Assembly: GCF_011386835.1 (NCBI RefSeq)
Contig: NC_088791.1
Span: forward strand, 351,416,001 to 351,480,000
Reading direction: 5' to 3'
Source: Chrysemys picta bellii
Taxonomy: Eukaryota
Length of the DNA: 64,000 bases
In this document: piece by piece, positions 1 through 11,556 of the stretch
How the letters are laid out: each line of letters begins with the position of its first letter
How positions within the stretch are numbered: position 1 is the stretch's first letter
Notes under the pieces: model-generated
The model's input: only the letters and a program-made list of their open reading frames with translations
Told to the model about the DNA's origin: nothing
Databases searched by the model: none
Translations under genes and position numbers: made by a program

Positions 1-879
1 TTAACAAGAAGGGGTGCATGTAACCCCGGATTGGCAAATACTGAATAATCTGACCATAGTTTCTGTGCTGTAACCTCTGAAAGAGAAACATACACTCCCT
101 GTGCTTCCTACAGCTTCCAGAGGCATGGTGCTTGCTTGGCATATAACACCTCCCGGAGTATCTGCTGTGATACCCTAAGTGGGATAATCAAGCTCTTTAT
201 CTTTGTTCCAACAGAACTTAATCTCAATGAGAGTTTTGCCTGGGTAAGGGCTAGTTTGGCCAGTTGATGACTCTAGGAGTAGGCACACACCTGAGGATAG
301 GGTTTTTTTTCACAGTAAACTGGTGCATATGGCAAAATTCCAGGTTGAGGAATGTAAGTGGTACATAAGCCATGTGTTGGCTTTCTGCACGGAGTGGATT
401 TCACCAAGTGTGAGCAAAGGAGGCATCTTGAATGAAGACAGCACATTGCCGACATTTGCAGTTTTCAGTGGCTTCCTCCCCCTCCAACAATAACATCATG
501 TACAACAGAAGCTGAAGGCTGGTGTTTATAGCTAAAACACAGCAGAGCTGGGGTTTGTTCCCTGTTCTGCCACAGCCTCCCTTGGGTCACTCTCAGTCAT
601 AACTGAGTAGTTTGTACAAATGCTTCTCAGCCCATGCACCATTCACAATCCACATCATTGTTTTCCTCTCAGAAGATTTTAAAATAGCTAAACCATTTAC
701 TTTTTTAAGATGGATCCAAGCTAAAGAGTTGAGATCGGGATCCAGACTGAAACCTTGTTCCAGAGTGCAGGGGTATTCTGATCCAGTGTTTTGGTTCAGG
801 TCGGCTCTACTTTTCTTATGTTCCATTTTACAATTTGAGTTCATACAACTTTTCATATTCTAAATTCCATCTAGTGAAG

Positions 880-1116
880 GGGCATTCAGCTGAGAGCCTG
901 GAGACCTGAGTTCTGTCACTGATCTCCTGCATGGCCTTGCACAAGTTGCTTACCTGTTCTACGCTTTAGTTTCCCCCTCAGTTAAATGAGGATCTATTTC
1001 ATCCTCCCCATGAGTGTCAATGGGCTTTGAATCAGACCCATGGACACTTGGGATCTTTCATAAAGAACTTTGAGATTTATGAATGCAAAGCTCTATGCAA
1101 GCACAGGATATTATTA
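880..1116 (+). mobile_element. Ancient MIR/CORE-like SINE remnant
   Basis: ggccttgcacaagttgcttacctgttctacgctttagtttccccctcagttaaatgagg resembles the CORE domain. Confidence 0.5.
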
Positions 1117-1322
1117 GTAATGGAGTTTTATAACTGATCGGGGGATCTGTGAGTACCACAAGGGTTTTTAATCAAGGTACTGACTCCAAACTGTCTGTAG
1201 ACCAGTGGCAGGAAGAGCCATATTTTCTGTCATGGTCTCACGTATTTTTAATAATGTTGTTTTTAATTGTAGGGAAAGTGGTATGGTAAACTGACCAGAA
1301 CCACCCTCCACCCCTGCACATC

Positions 1323-2288
1323 ATGCCAACCTGCAATGAAACCAACATCAGTCCTGCAATGTTCCTCCTGGCAGGAATTCCAGGGCTGAAAGCTGATGGC
1401 CCCTGGATCTCCATCCCTTTCTGTTCCATGTACCTCATTGCAATGTTAGGAAATAGTCTGATTCTGTTTGTGATAAAGACACAGCAGAAGCTCCATGAGC
1501 CCATGTACTTGTTCCTTTCCATGTTGTCTGTCACTGACCTTGGCTTATCTGTTTCCACCTTGCCAACAATGCTCAGCGTCTTTGTGTTTAACACCAGAGA
1601 AATTGGCATTGATGTCTGCCTGGCCCAACTTTTCTTTATTCACACTTTTTCTGTTATGGAATCCTCTGTACTATTAGCCATGGCATTTGACCGCTTTGTT
1701 GCAATACGCCACCCGCTGAGATATGCTTCGACTTTAACCAGTGGTAGGATAGGAAACATAGGGCTGGCGATAATAATTAGGGGTAGTGGTCTGCATATCC
1801 CAGCTGTCATTCTTCTCAAGAGGTTGCCCTACAGCAAGAACCAACCTCTCTCTTATTCATATTGTTTGCATCCAGATGTGATGAAGATGGCCTGTGCAGA
1901 TACTACGCCCAGCAGCTTCTATGGTTTGTTTATTGTCCTTTCTTCTCTCGGATTAGACTCAGTGCTCATAGTTTTGTCTTACATCATGATCTTTAAGACT
2001 GTGCAGAGTATCACATCCTGGCAAGAGCGTCTCAAGGCTCTGAACACCTGTGTCTCCCACATCTGTGCCACCCTGCTTTTCTACACCCCGCTGATCAGTT
2101 TGTCTATGATTCACAGGTTCGAGAACAAGGCTCTTCCTCAGAGTCAAATTCTTCTGTCATATCTCCACCTCCTCCTCCCCCCAGTGCTCAATCCCATTGT
2201 GTACAGCATAAAAACTAAGGAGCTTCGTAAACGGATCGTGAAGATCTTTCAAAACTATTCCACTAACAGGCTCCAATGGGAGCACTGA
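1323..2288 (+). CDS. Olfactory receptor, class I, family 51-like (321 aa, intact)
   Basis: OR motifs LHEPMYLFL, MAFDRFVAIRHPLRY, YSYCLHPDVMKMAC, KALNTCVSH, IHRF, PPVLNPIVYSIKTK; N-terminal NET sequon; candidate splice acceptor TTTTAATTGTAG ending at 1272. Confidence 0.95.
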   Translation: MPTCNETNISPAMFLLAGIPGLKADGPWISIPFCSMYLIAMLGNSLILFVIKTQQKLHEPMYLFLSMLSVTDLGLSVSTLPTMLSVFVFNTREIGIDVCLAQLFFIHTFSVMESSVLLAMAFDRFVAIRHPLRYASTLTSGRIGNIGLAIIIRGSGLHIPAVILLKRLPYSKNQPLSYSYCLHPDVMKMACADTTPSSFYGLFIVLSSLGLDSVLIVLSYIMIFKTVQSITSWQERLKALNTCVSHICATLLFYTPLISLSMIHRFENKALPQSQILLSYLHLLLPPVLNPIVYSIKTKELRKRIVKIFQNYSTNRLQWEH

Positions 2289-3550
2289 GTTGGTTCTGTC
2301 ACACTGAGCCAGTGAGGGTTAAGCAACCAGCAGGCTGGTTGAACTAAAAGCAACCTTTAAGGACATATTAGAAAAGTATTGAAATTGTAAAGAGGGACAT
2401 TCCTTGTAGATATTTAGCAAAGCCATGGTAAATAGACTAGAGTTCTTGAAATGTATCCCTGTATCGTTAGAGAATCAGAAGTAGATACTAATCCTATTCA
2501 TCTGCCTTTACCTATATCTTATTAGAAGTTCAGCGATGTGATTTAATTAGCTTGTAGATGCTAAATTTCAGTTCCTGTCATTAATGTTTCATTACTATAT
2601 TCTATTGATTCAGAGATGAAAAGGAGATATTAACATTTAGATGAAACTTGTAGTGTAGTAATATCATTGTCTTTATTTCTTGAAGTTTGTAGTAAACTAC
2701 CTAGGAAATGGTTTGAATGGTTAATTGCCTTATGCTAATCTATGCATCTAGTTATTGGTGTATGCCTAGGAAATAGAGATTTACTTCAAAGTCACCATGG
2801 ACACTACCTATTCTTCATCCAAGGAATGCCTGTAGTGATAATTTGCAGACCTGGAGCTAAACAGCTGAACTTCAGTTATAACGGGATTTTGGGGCCTCAT
2901 CCTTACTATTTCAGTTCTGCTTAAACTTTGTCAGGGGAAGTTCAAATCACAAGACTGAGAACTATTGGATTAACCCTGAAATTATTATGAAAAAAATTGA
3001 ACTAACTCTGCACATGGACTACCTACTGGACTATGAATTTTTCCATGAATTCCAGAAGGATTTCTACAAATCAGCCGCCTCACCATGTCTGCTATGAAAC
3101 TGACTTAAGAACTTGATTCATATCTGTATGATTTTTACCACAATAACTCTCTTTTTTTTCCTTTTAAATAAATAGATTAGTTAATAAAAATTGGCTGTAA
3201 TTTTGTATTGGGTAAGATCTGAAATATTCATTTACCTGGTGAGTAACGTGTCCAATCTCTTGGCAGTAGAACTTCTTTTGGGAGTGGTAGAACTTTATAG
3301 ATGGTGAATAAGATTTTAAATAACCCTCAATATAGACTTTGTTGTCTGGGTGGTAGCCAAAGGTTAGATTCATTAAAGAGAACTGTATTTTGGCTTCTTG
3401 GTATTATAGAAGCTGTTTGGTTACTGTTTTGGTGAATCATTTATAAGAAAAAGCCATCATTTTTGAGGATTGTCTGCCCTATTCCTTGCAGTTTTTCCTG
3501 ATTGAACATTTTCAGTATAGCCCCTCCAGCGACTCTGGTTACAGACTCAC

Positions 3551-4316
3551 TGTCAGGGTTCCCTCCCCACTCTGAACTCTGGGGTATAGATGTGGGGACC
3601 CACATGAAAGACCCCCAACGTTTATATTCTACCAGCTTAGGTTAAAACTTCCCCAAGGTACAATTACTTTCCTTGTCCTTGGACGGTATTGCTACCACCA
3701 AGTGATTTAGACAAAAACTCAGGAAAAAGGTTCACTTGGAGTCCCTGTTCCCCCAAAATATTCCCTCAAGCCCCTTCACCCCCTTTCCTGGCGAGGGAGG
3801 CCTGAGAATAATGTGAGTACCGGCCAGATCCTTTGTCTCTAGGACACTGAAAATCAATCAGGTTCTTAAAAGAAGAACTTTACTTAAAGAAAAAGTAAAA
3901 GAATCCCACCTGCAAAATCAGAGGAATCCCCTCTAGGCTCAGCTTCAAAGTTACAAAAAACAGGAATAAAACGCCCTCCTAGCATAGGGAAAATTCACAA
4001 GCTAAAACAAAAGATAATCTAACACATTTCATTGCCCTTACCTACAATTTTTGTAATCTTAGATACTCATCTCAGATTTGTTTTCAGAAGATGTTTTTAC
4101 TGTCTGCTCTATCTCTCTGTCCAGAGAGGGAACAACAAAGAGAGCACAAACAAAACCTCCCCCCAACACCAGATTTGAAAGTATCTTCTTTCCTGATTGG
4201 TCCTTTTGGTCAGGTGCCAACCAGGTTATTTGAGCTTCTTAACCCCTTACAGGTAAGGATTCAATACAGCTGCTCAGGAGGGATTTTATGCTACTCTGAG
4301 ATCTATGTTTATGACA
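3551..4316 (-). mobile_element. Solo LTR (Gypsy/ERV-like)
   Basis: TGTCA...TGACA terminal inverted ends, 766 bp, near-duplicated flanks ctcac/ctccc, no coding capacity. Confidence 0.6.
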
Positions 4317-5665
4317 CTCCCAAAAGGAAAGATTGTAGTGTTCACCACGGAAAATTCCAGTCAGCAAAACGTATGCCTTTAGGGCTTCTCCTTCATGAAT
4401 AAGGTATCCTGTTTCATACAGGGACTTGGGGTGTTCAGTGGAATACATATAAGGAAGACAGAGTTTTAAGGGAGAAAGATTACATGCATTCATTCCTAAC
4501 CTAATTAGCAGGTTGACTTGTAAATTCTCTGAAAACTCATTCTGCACTCAGAGAATAAGTGTTGGCTGAGGCTACACTGTGTTTTTCACACATACAGAAG
4601 TTGTATCCCTGCTCTAAGGACAAAACTTGACTCATCTTTAACTATGGCTTTGCTATTGATGCCTCGTAATAAAATGTAATTTTTAAGCATTGTTACCTTG
4701 CTCTTTATTGTAAATAATTGTTATTAATATTTACTTATTTGTTGAAATCCTTCCTTAATATGCCATTCTTTAATAAAATTTGCATACTATGAAGCCTTCT
4801 GTTAAACAGCTCCCCACCATCTGCCATACTCATCTTTATAGATTATAAACCTAGAAGGGACATAATGATCTAATATAACTTCCTGTAAAATAGATCATTG
4901 AATTATACCTAGCAATTCCTGCCTCAAGCCCAATAACATGTGGTTGAAATATAATAGGTTTGTTGAAAAGACCCATTCAAGACACCACCGTTGTATATGT
5001 CCATTGCAGTGGTCTTTTCTAGCCTTTCCCGGTCACCCAGAGAATTTTAGATCTGTATTGTTTTGTCTTTCCACTGACAGCCCATTCCTGCCAGGCGAAG
5101 TGAGTACCTAGTTCCAAACACTTCTCAGGCAGAGTGAACCCTTTTATTTGTTTGGAAACCAACCCACAAGTGCATTTGTTAGCCAAAAGGTTTTGGTGAA
5201 CAATTGGTCAGATAAGCCCACATGGCACACCTTCTGATCATTGACTAATAATGCCCCCCTCTCTCTCCTGAGAGTGCTGATTAGTGCCCATGTATTTTAC
5301 AGTTTGGGGGCCTGTCTAGGAACAAGACCTATCTCCAAGGTTTGGAGGCAGTGGGTCAAGTACCCAGCCTTCTTTCAGATCTTTGCAGCAGAGGGGGCAT
5401 TTGGGTTCTAAAGTTGAATTGGAAATCTTCCAATTTTTAAACAGTGGGGGCTCCAGCTGACGCGCTTCTGCCTGTCACAAGGAGAGTATCGCCTGGGGAG
5501 AAAGAGAAAGACAGATGATCTTGTAGATATCAGGTCCTACGTAGGTCAATACCAATATCTTAAATTCCACCCAAAAGATGATGGGCAGCTAGAGCAGATC
5601 TCAGATCACTGATGTTAGTTGCTCAACACCATATATGCTGCTTAGCAAACAGGTCGCTGCATTGT

Positions 5666-6340
5666 TGTGATGGGTTCCCTGGGGTGCAAACTCAAACTGG
5701 GGTACTGTTGAGCCCTCTGTCTTATCAATTCCTCTCACATTGTGATGCTGTGACAAGCTTTAAACCTCTCCAGGTCCTGCACTTACACAGCCATCCACAG
5801 GCAGGGACACACCCAGCTGAGTTACATGAATGCTTTTGTCAGCTACTCATGAACCAACATTAGAGAAACTCCAGCCAATTCCCCAGTTCCCCAACCTAGG
5901 ACCTCAGAGCTGTACATCTTGCCCTGGTCAGAAGCCTGACTGTTGTAAGTTTATTATCTAGTCTGCCCATCTCTCAATATGGAGAGGACATGCACCAGCT
6001 CTTGTTTCTGAGCAGATTTCCCCAAGCTCTTCATGCAAAATACACTGGCTTAGATAAAATATAAATCAGATTTATTAACTAGAAAAAGATAGATTTTAAG
6101 TGATTACAAGTAGTAACTGTACAGATCAAAGTTGATTACCTAAGAAATAAAAGTAAAAAACATAATCTGAGTTCTATAAACTAGACAGGATTTGAATCAA
6201 GCAGTGTCTAACCCTCTTAAATAATAGAAGATCTTCCACGCTCAAGCTGGGACCAACTCCCTAATTCAGTCTTTTTTCGTGCTACATGTTTCCAGGTGTT
6301 GAGTTGTGAGGGGAGTGAGGGCCAAGGGATGATATCACTA
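5666..6340. mobile_element. LTR-like repeat, truncated by CR1
   Basis: Starts tgtgatgggttccc; related sequence at about 40907-41130; family assignment from recall only. Confidence 0.4.
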
Positions 6341-6346
6341 TCCACA

Positions 6347-6635
6347 TTGATGGACCTATCCTCCATGAAATTTATCTAGTTCTTTTTTGAACCCAGTTAC
6401 AGTCTTGGCCTTCACAATATTCTCTGGCAAGGAGTTCCACAGGTTGACTGTGTGTTGTGTGAAAAAAATACTTCCTTTTAATTGTTTTAAACCTGCTGCC
6501 TATTAGTTTCATTTGGTTATCCCTAGTTCAAGTGTTACAAGAAGCAGTAAATAACACTTCCTTATTTACTTTCTCCCCACTAGTCATGATTTTATAGCCC
6601 CCTTAGCTATCTCTTTTCCAAGCTGAAAAGTCCCA
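6347..6635 (-). mobile_element. CR1 3' fragment (different subfamily)
   Basis: Reverse strand gggacttttcagcttggaaaagaga..gtcaacctgtggaactccttgcca, typical CR1 ORF2 end. Confidence 0.7.
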
Positions 6636-6991
6636 GACATGATATCAGTTATCAAGTACATAAAAGATTGTTACAAGAAGGAGGGTGATTTTTTCTCTCT
6701 TTTTAACCTCTGAGGATAGGACAATAAACAATGGAATTAAATTGCAGCAACAGAGGGTTAGGTTGGACGTTAGGAAAAACTTCCTGTCAGGGTAGTTAAG
6801 CACTGGAACAAATAGCTAGGGAGATGGTGCATTCTCTATAACTGGAGATTTTTAAGAACATATTAAATCAGGGATAGTATAGATCACCTGCCAGGAATGG
6901 TCTAGTTATTGCTTAGTCCTGCCTTGAGTGCAGGAGGCTGGACTAGATGATCTGCTGAGGTCCCTTCCAGTCCCACACTTCTAAGATTCTA
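6636..6991 (+). mobile_element. CR1 3' fragment with tail
   Basis: aggttggacgttaggaaaaacttcc..ggactagatgatctgctgaggtcccttccagtccc..ttctaagattcta. Confidence 0.8.
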
Positions 6992-7069
6992 CAAATAGGA
7001 GTTAGCAAGCAACAGTCAAACATGAATGAGTCCCATTAAAATATAAGACAGGCAGGCAAGCAACTGCAT

Positions 7070-7385
7070 ATTGACAAAATGTACAAATGCTTATATGGGA
7101 GAGCTAAAATTCTAAATGCTAAGATGGGTGAACTAGAGTGCCTAGTATTAAATGAGGATATTGCTATAATAGGCATCACAGAAACTTGGCAGAAAAATAA
7201 TAATGAATGGGACACTGTAATACTACGGTACAAGATATATAGGAATGACAGAATAGATTGTGCTGCTGTGGAAGTGGTACTATATGTGAAAGAATGTGTT
7301 GAATCAACTAAAGTAAAAATCTAAACTGTACCATAGAATCTGTATGGATAGAAATTCCATGCTAGAAAAATCCAGGTATAGGTAG
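7070..7385 (+). mobile_element. CR1 ORF2 N-terminal AP-endonuclease fragment
   Basis: Track ORF KCLYGRAKILNAKMGELECLVLNEDIAIIGITETW. Confidence 0.75.
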
Positions 7386-7389
7386 GTAT

Positions 7390-7545
7390 TGCACTCCTCT
7401 GATCATCCTCATAGCCCTTCTCTGCACCTGTTCCAATTTGAATTCATCTTTCTTATACGTGATATACCAGAACTGCATACAGTATTCCAGATGAGGTCTC
7501 ACCAGTGCCTTCTACAATGGCAATAACACTTCCCTGTCTCTATTG
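7390..7545 (-). mobile_element. CR1 RT C-terminal fragment
   Basis: Reverse of gcactggtgagacctcatctggaatactgtatgcagttctgg ([13 protein letters not shown]). Confidence 0.7.
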
Positions 7546-7975
7546 GAAACAATTGACCAACACACTCTGGAACATTTTCTTTCTGTTTGTAAAAGGGTGG
7601 AGGGGGTGAGTTCTGCTGCAACCTTAATGGACTACAACCATTATTTTTGTCTGACAACAAAAAATCATCTTACTTGTAGATTGCAGTGTATCCCTGCTTT
7701 GTTTCTTAGAATTCAGAGTTCTCACATAGAAGAACCCCAAAGCAGAGAGAGACAAAACAGACTGCTCCCTAAGGCAGACATCCCCAACTTACCTCACCTT
7801 ACTCTAGTCACTCAGATATCTCACTTCCCTACAGAGCTCCTTTCCTACAAGCAGGATCAGTAAACCCCTTTGAAATTAAAGTGACAGTCCACAATTCCAA
7901 CACAGTTTTCAAGCACATCACAGACTTCATACCTGATCTGTATCCTGGGCAGGTGAGCAGAGGACAGGCCATGGA

Positions 7976-8243
7976 CAGGGCCAGCTCCAGCCACCAGCTA
8001 AGGAAGCAGTTGCTTGGGGCGGCCAATCGAAAGGGGTGGCACTCCGTCCGCTATTGGGCGGCCTGTCCGGGTCTTCGGTGGGAATTTGGCAGTGGGTCCC
8101 TCAGTCCCTCTCTTCCTCTTTGAGCTGCCACTGAAGTGCCGCCGAAGAGGAAGAAGGAGTGAAGGAACCGCTGATGAAGTGCCGCCAAAGAATGGAGCAG
8201 CGCGATTAAGCTGCCGCCGAAGTCCCGCCAATCGGCTTTTTTT
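7976..8243. mobile_element. Truncated copy of the GC-rich hAT MITE
   Basis: Starts cagggccagctccagcc, colinear with the 59158 copy, right TIR missing. Confidence 0.75.
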
Positions 8244-8318
8244 TGTCAGTGAAGTTGTCTCTCATTATTGTCAACCCAAAACATTCAAAATCCATGGGAC
8301 AGATCCCCCCACCGCGCG

Positions 8319-8352
8319 CACACACACACACACACGCACACACACACACACA
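8319..8352. repeat. (CA)n microsatellite
   Basis: About 17 CA units with one CG interruption. Confidence 0.9.
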
Positions 8353-9454
8353 AAGATCATGAGATTGACAGAAAAACAATGTGATCCTAGCAGTAATTAT
8401 TAATTTATTATTATAACTATTGTGGGACTTTTCAACTGCCTTCTGTTTTGTGTGTGCAGTGTCCTTGTAGCCGTGTTGGCTACAGGATATTAGAGAGAAG
8501 GTAATATTCTGTTTTTTGAACATTTAGAGGGCAGTTGCCATCCCCAATTAATATGTGAGCATTTCAGGTTTCAATCCCAAACTTAAACGCACCAACAGAC
8601 ATGCGGGTCTTCCTGTGTCTGCTTGGCAGGAGCTCCAGTGAATCTCTGCTGTTGTTCTGTCCCTCCCTGTCCTTCTAGCCTTCTCCCTTTCTTCCTTATC
8701 ACCCTTACTGCCCCCACTTAATCACCTGCCCCTCTTGCATTCTCTCTCCCTGCTCCTCCACTCGCCCCAGTATTTCTCCTCCCTTTCCACTCTCATTGTC
8801 TCTCACTGCTCCTTCCTCCCCTGTCCCTCTGGCCACTTCTGGTATTAAAATCTATGAATGTACCAGTGCTGTTGAAAGGTAATTGCCCTAGAAATTTGGG
8901 ACTATATTTGAACCAGGAGCAAATGTCTTCCTTTGTTTCAGAGCAGGGAGGGGTTCTGTGGGAAGAGAGGATATAGGGTTTGGGCTGAGCAGCCAGGAGG
9001 GAGGATCCATATGAACATACTAACCAATAGAGGAGGTTTGAGCTGAACTTCTGTTTTATTATTGCTAATTTCTGCATTAAGAAAACTGAGCCCCAAGAAG
9101 GGGAGAGCTTGTATAACACACGGGACAGTGAGTGTTACATTTCACTCTGTGCCTGAACCTGACGATATAGGCCTGTTAGAGCTGTCAGCTAAAGCCTCTG
9201 GTCTTTTAGCTCAAGCTCACTGGGTCTTGATTTTAACTGTGGATGTCCCCAGGCAAAAGGGTCTCTGCACTTCCAGTCCCAATCCTGGCTGAACCATGGG
9301 ACGTGAAGAGACAGGTGAAAAATGTTAAATGAAATAGAAAAGAACACATGGAGATGGGGGAGATAAATACACAAGCCAGAGCTCTCCAGGAAGTTCCAGG
9401 TTGGCTTTAGAAGTGGACAGATGTTTATGTGGGAGCTTAAATTTTTCAAAACCA

Positions 9455-9583
9455 GTTTGTCAAATAGAGGAGGTTGTCAGACACATAGAAGAACATAAAT
9501 TGTTGGGCAAAAGTCAACATGGTTTCTGTAAAGGGAACTCATGTCTTACTAATCTATTAGAGTTCTTTGAAGGGGTCAACAAA
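9455..9583 (+). mobile_element. CR1 RT fragment
   Basis: RHIEEHKLLGKSQHGFCKGNSCLTNLLEFFEGVNK. Confidence 0.8.
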
Positions 9584-9605
9584 TAGGGCAAGGGATGGGA
9601 GGGAA

Positions 9606-9783
9606 TATGATGAAGCTTATTTCAAACTCGGCTTTAGATGGAGAGGGTTCAGCGATGCACTGAAGATTCATTGCGTTATATGTAGCGATGTACTGGCAAA
9701 TGACAGTATACGGCCCTGCAACCCAAAACAAGCCATCCTACCTTAGTAGATAAACATGGAGAGTTTTTTCAGAGGAAGCTAAG
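9606..9783 (+). mobile_element. hAT (Charlie/Buster/SPIN-type) transposase N-terminal zinc-finger fragment
   Basis: My translation: YDEAYFKLGF..IHCVICSDVLANDSIRP, frameshift, HPTLVDKHGEFFQRKL; resembles the ZBED5/SCAND3-type transposase N-terminus. Confidence 0.7.
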
Positions 9784-9791
9784 TAGCAGAT

Positions 9792-9977
9792 GCTCACCTA
9801 TGTTCCCAGGGGATAACAATCGACCTGTAGCTGGATAATTGTATCCTCAGCGTCCACTCCTTCAGTATACCCTGCTGGGTGACACTGATAGACATGCTCA
9901 CAGACCTGGTTCTGGAGATCAACATCCAAAAATGAACCTTCACCCCTGTACAGAGTTTAGAGTTCATAGGGGCTGAC
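9792..9977 (+). mobile_element. DIRS-like reverse transcriptase fragment
   Basis: My translation: AHLCSQGITIDL*LDNCIL..LVLEINIQK*TFTPVQSLEFIGAD; degenerate YLDD and the INxxKSxLxPxQxxEFIG pattern of DIRS RT. Confidence 0.6.
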
Positions 9978-10330
9978 TGTCACACTACGCTCTCATATTA
10001 TTCATAGAGATATTGTTATAATATATGATTATGGCATAAATATGATGCATTTTAGACAAGATAGGTCATGTGACGTATCATTGGAAAGGTTATGATTTAG
10101 TGAATATGATTATCCTATTTGAATGAACGTATCATTTCTGTCTCTGAAGTTAGGCACATTGTCTGTGTATCTGTTACAAAACTATTTACACCTTGAGAAC
10201 GCCGACTAGACAGAATGCAATCAGGGTAGATAGCTGGTTAAACAATAGGTCTTAGAAGATGTTAATCTCCCACTGGGGAGCCTTCCTGGAAAGCCTTCCT
10301 GAGGATGCTGAGAACTGCCTCTGATCATTT
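9978..10330. mobile_element. LTR-like repeat fragment
   Basis: tgttataatatatgattatggcataa.. resembles abundant turtle LTR-like repeats; recall only. Confidence 0.35.
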
Positions 10331-10539
10331 ACTTGCTGAATGTTTGGCTTCTTGGACCACATTTTCAAATGTACCTAGAAGTTCAATGTCTATGGAAAAT
10401 AATACTGCTACTTTGTATAGGTCTTTCTCTCTGGGTTGTAGCAGTTTTGAAACAGCATTTCCCGTTTCCAGAAACTTTCTTTGGAGCACAATGAGAAAAA
10501 CAAAACTAAAATTTTCTATTAATTTCTTTAATGCTGAAG

Positions 10540-11030
10540 ACTCGTAAACTATTGTGGGGAAGTTTCCTGCCTTCTGCACTACCCCAGGCAAATTGTCTAG
10601 AGAAAGGGTCTGGGTCCACACTCCCACTCACTTTACCCGGAGACCTGCCTCATCTGAAGGACTCCCCTTCCACACTCCTGTATGGAAATGGTGACACAGC
10701 TGGGCCCAGGATTCCTGGCAAGCTGAAGACCCATTCTCATCATAGTCACTTAGGACAGGGGCTAGAGTGTCCTCACTCTGGGGTACTCTCTTCACACTGG
10801 ACGCTTCCCTGACCCACTGATCACTATACTAAGTTCAACCCAAATGTAATTTATTAAACAGCAATTTAAAAAAAAATGAAAAACTGAGAAATGTTCAAGG
10901 AAACAAGGAACTTCGCTCTGTGGGCATGGGGAACAAAACGAACAGCCATCTCTGGGATGTAAGACACTTTTCTAGTTTGTTCTTCACACAACCCAGGCCT
11001 CCTGCCCAGGCCCTGGCTCTAAGCTGTGAT
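10540..11030. repeat. LTR-like repeat shared by units 1 and 2 (second copy about 20460-20950)
   Basis: tttacccggagacctgcctcatctgaagg..tgacccactgatcactat..aatttattaaac present at both sites. Confidence 0.5.
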
Positions 11031-11046
11031 GATACCACAGGTAAGG

Positions 11047-11183
11047 GGGAATAGCTCCGTGGTTTGAGCATTAGCCTGCTAAAGCCAGGGTTGTGAGTTC
11101 AATCCTTGAGGGGGCCATTTAGGGATGAGGGGGTTGGATTAAATGACCGCATGAGGTCCCCTCAAACCCTGATATTCTATGAA
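11047..11183 (+). mobile_element. tRNA-derived SINE with CR1-like tail (tortoise Pol III/SINE type)
   Basis: A box tagctccgtggt, B box gagttcaatcc, 3' ggggttggattaaatgacc..gatattctatga; gtaagg duplicated on both sides; absent in paralogue at 45.35 kb. Confidence 0.8.
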
Positions 11184-11556
11184 GTAAGGCATCTGCTCTG
11201 TCAGTGGCCACATACCCTCAGGCTCTAGGAAGTAGGACCCTTCTCCCCAACATCTGCTCTCCCTTCAGAGTCACATACCCCCTTCTTAATCCATCCTTCA
11301 AGGCCCCCCCGTCGGGTGACATCTCCCTGTGCTGGGCCCTCTGCCCAGGCCCTACCTTGCTCTCCCTACCTTCTCATTGCACTTGGCTGTTGTGTTAGTT
11401 GTGGCATGGCCAGCATCCACTGTCCTGTCACTGTTGTGGTAGCTCAGCCCTGGAGCCCCATTAGCGCAGCTGGTCTGTGCTGACCCAGCTTCCAGGTTTG
11501 GTCTGCTCCAGCTGAAGATCCCCGGCACTGTTCTCTGCCTCCAGCTCAGCTTGAAT

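Noticed and set aside
2700-3520. LTR-like repeat 3' of the OR51 gene
   Set aside because: Resembles turtle LTR-like repeats from memory, but no termini or TSD could be defined.
11047-11120. tRNA gene
   Set aside because: A/B boxes are followed by a CR1-like tail and flanked by a TSD, so it is a SINE head.
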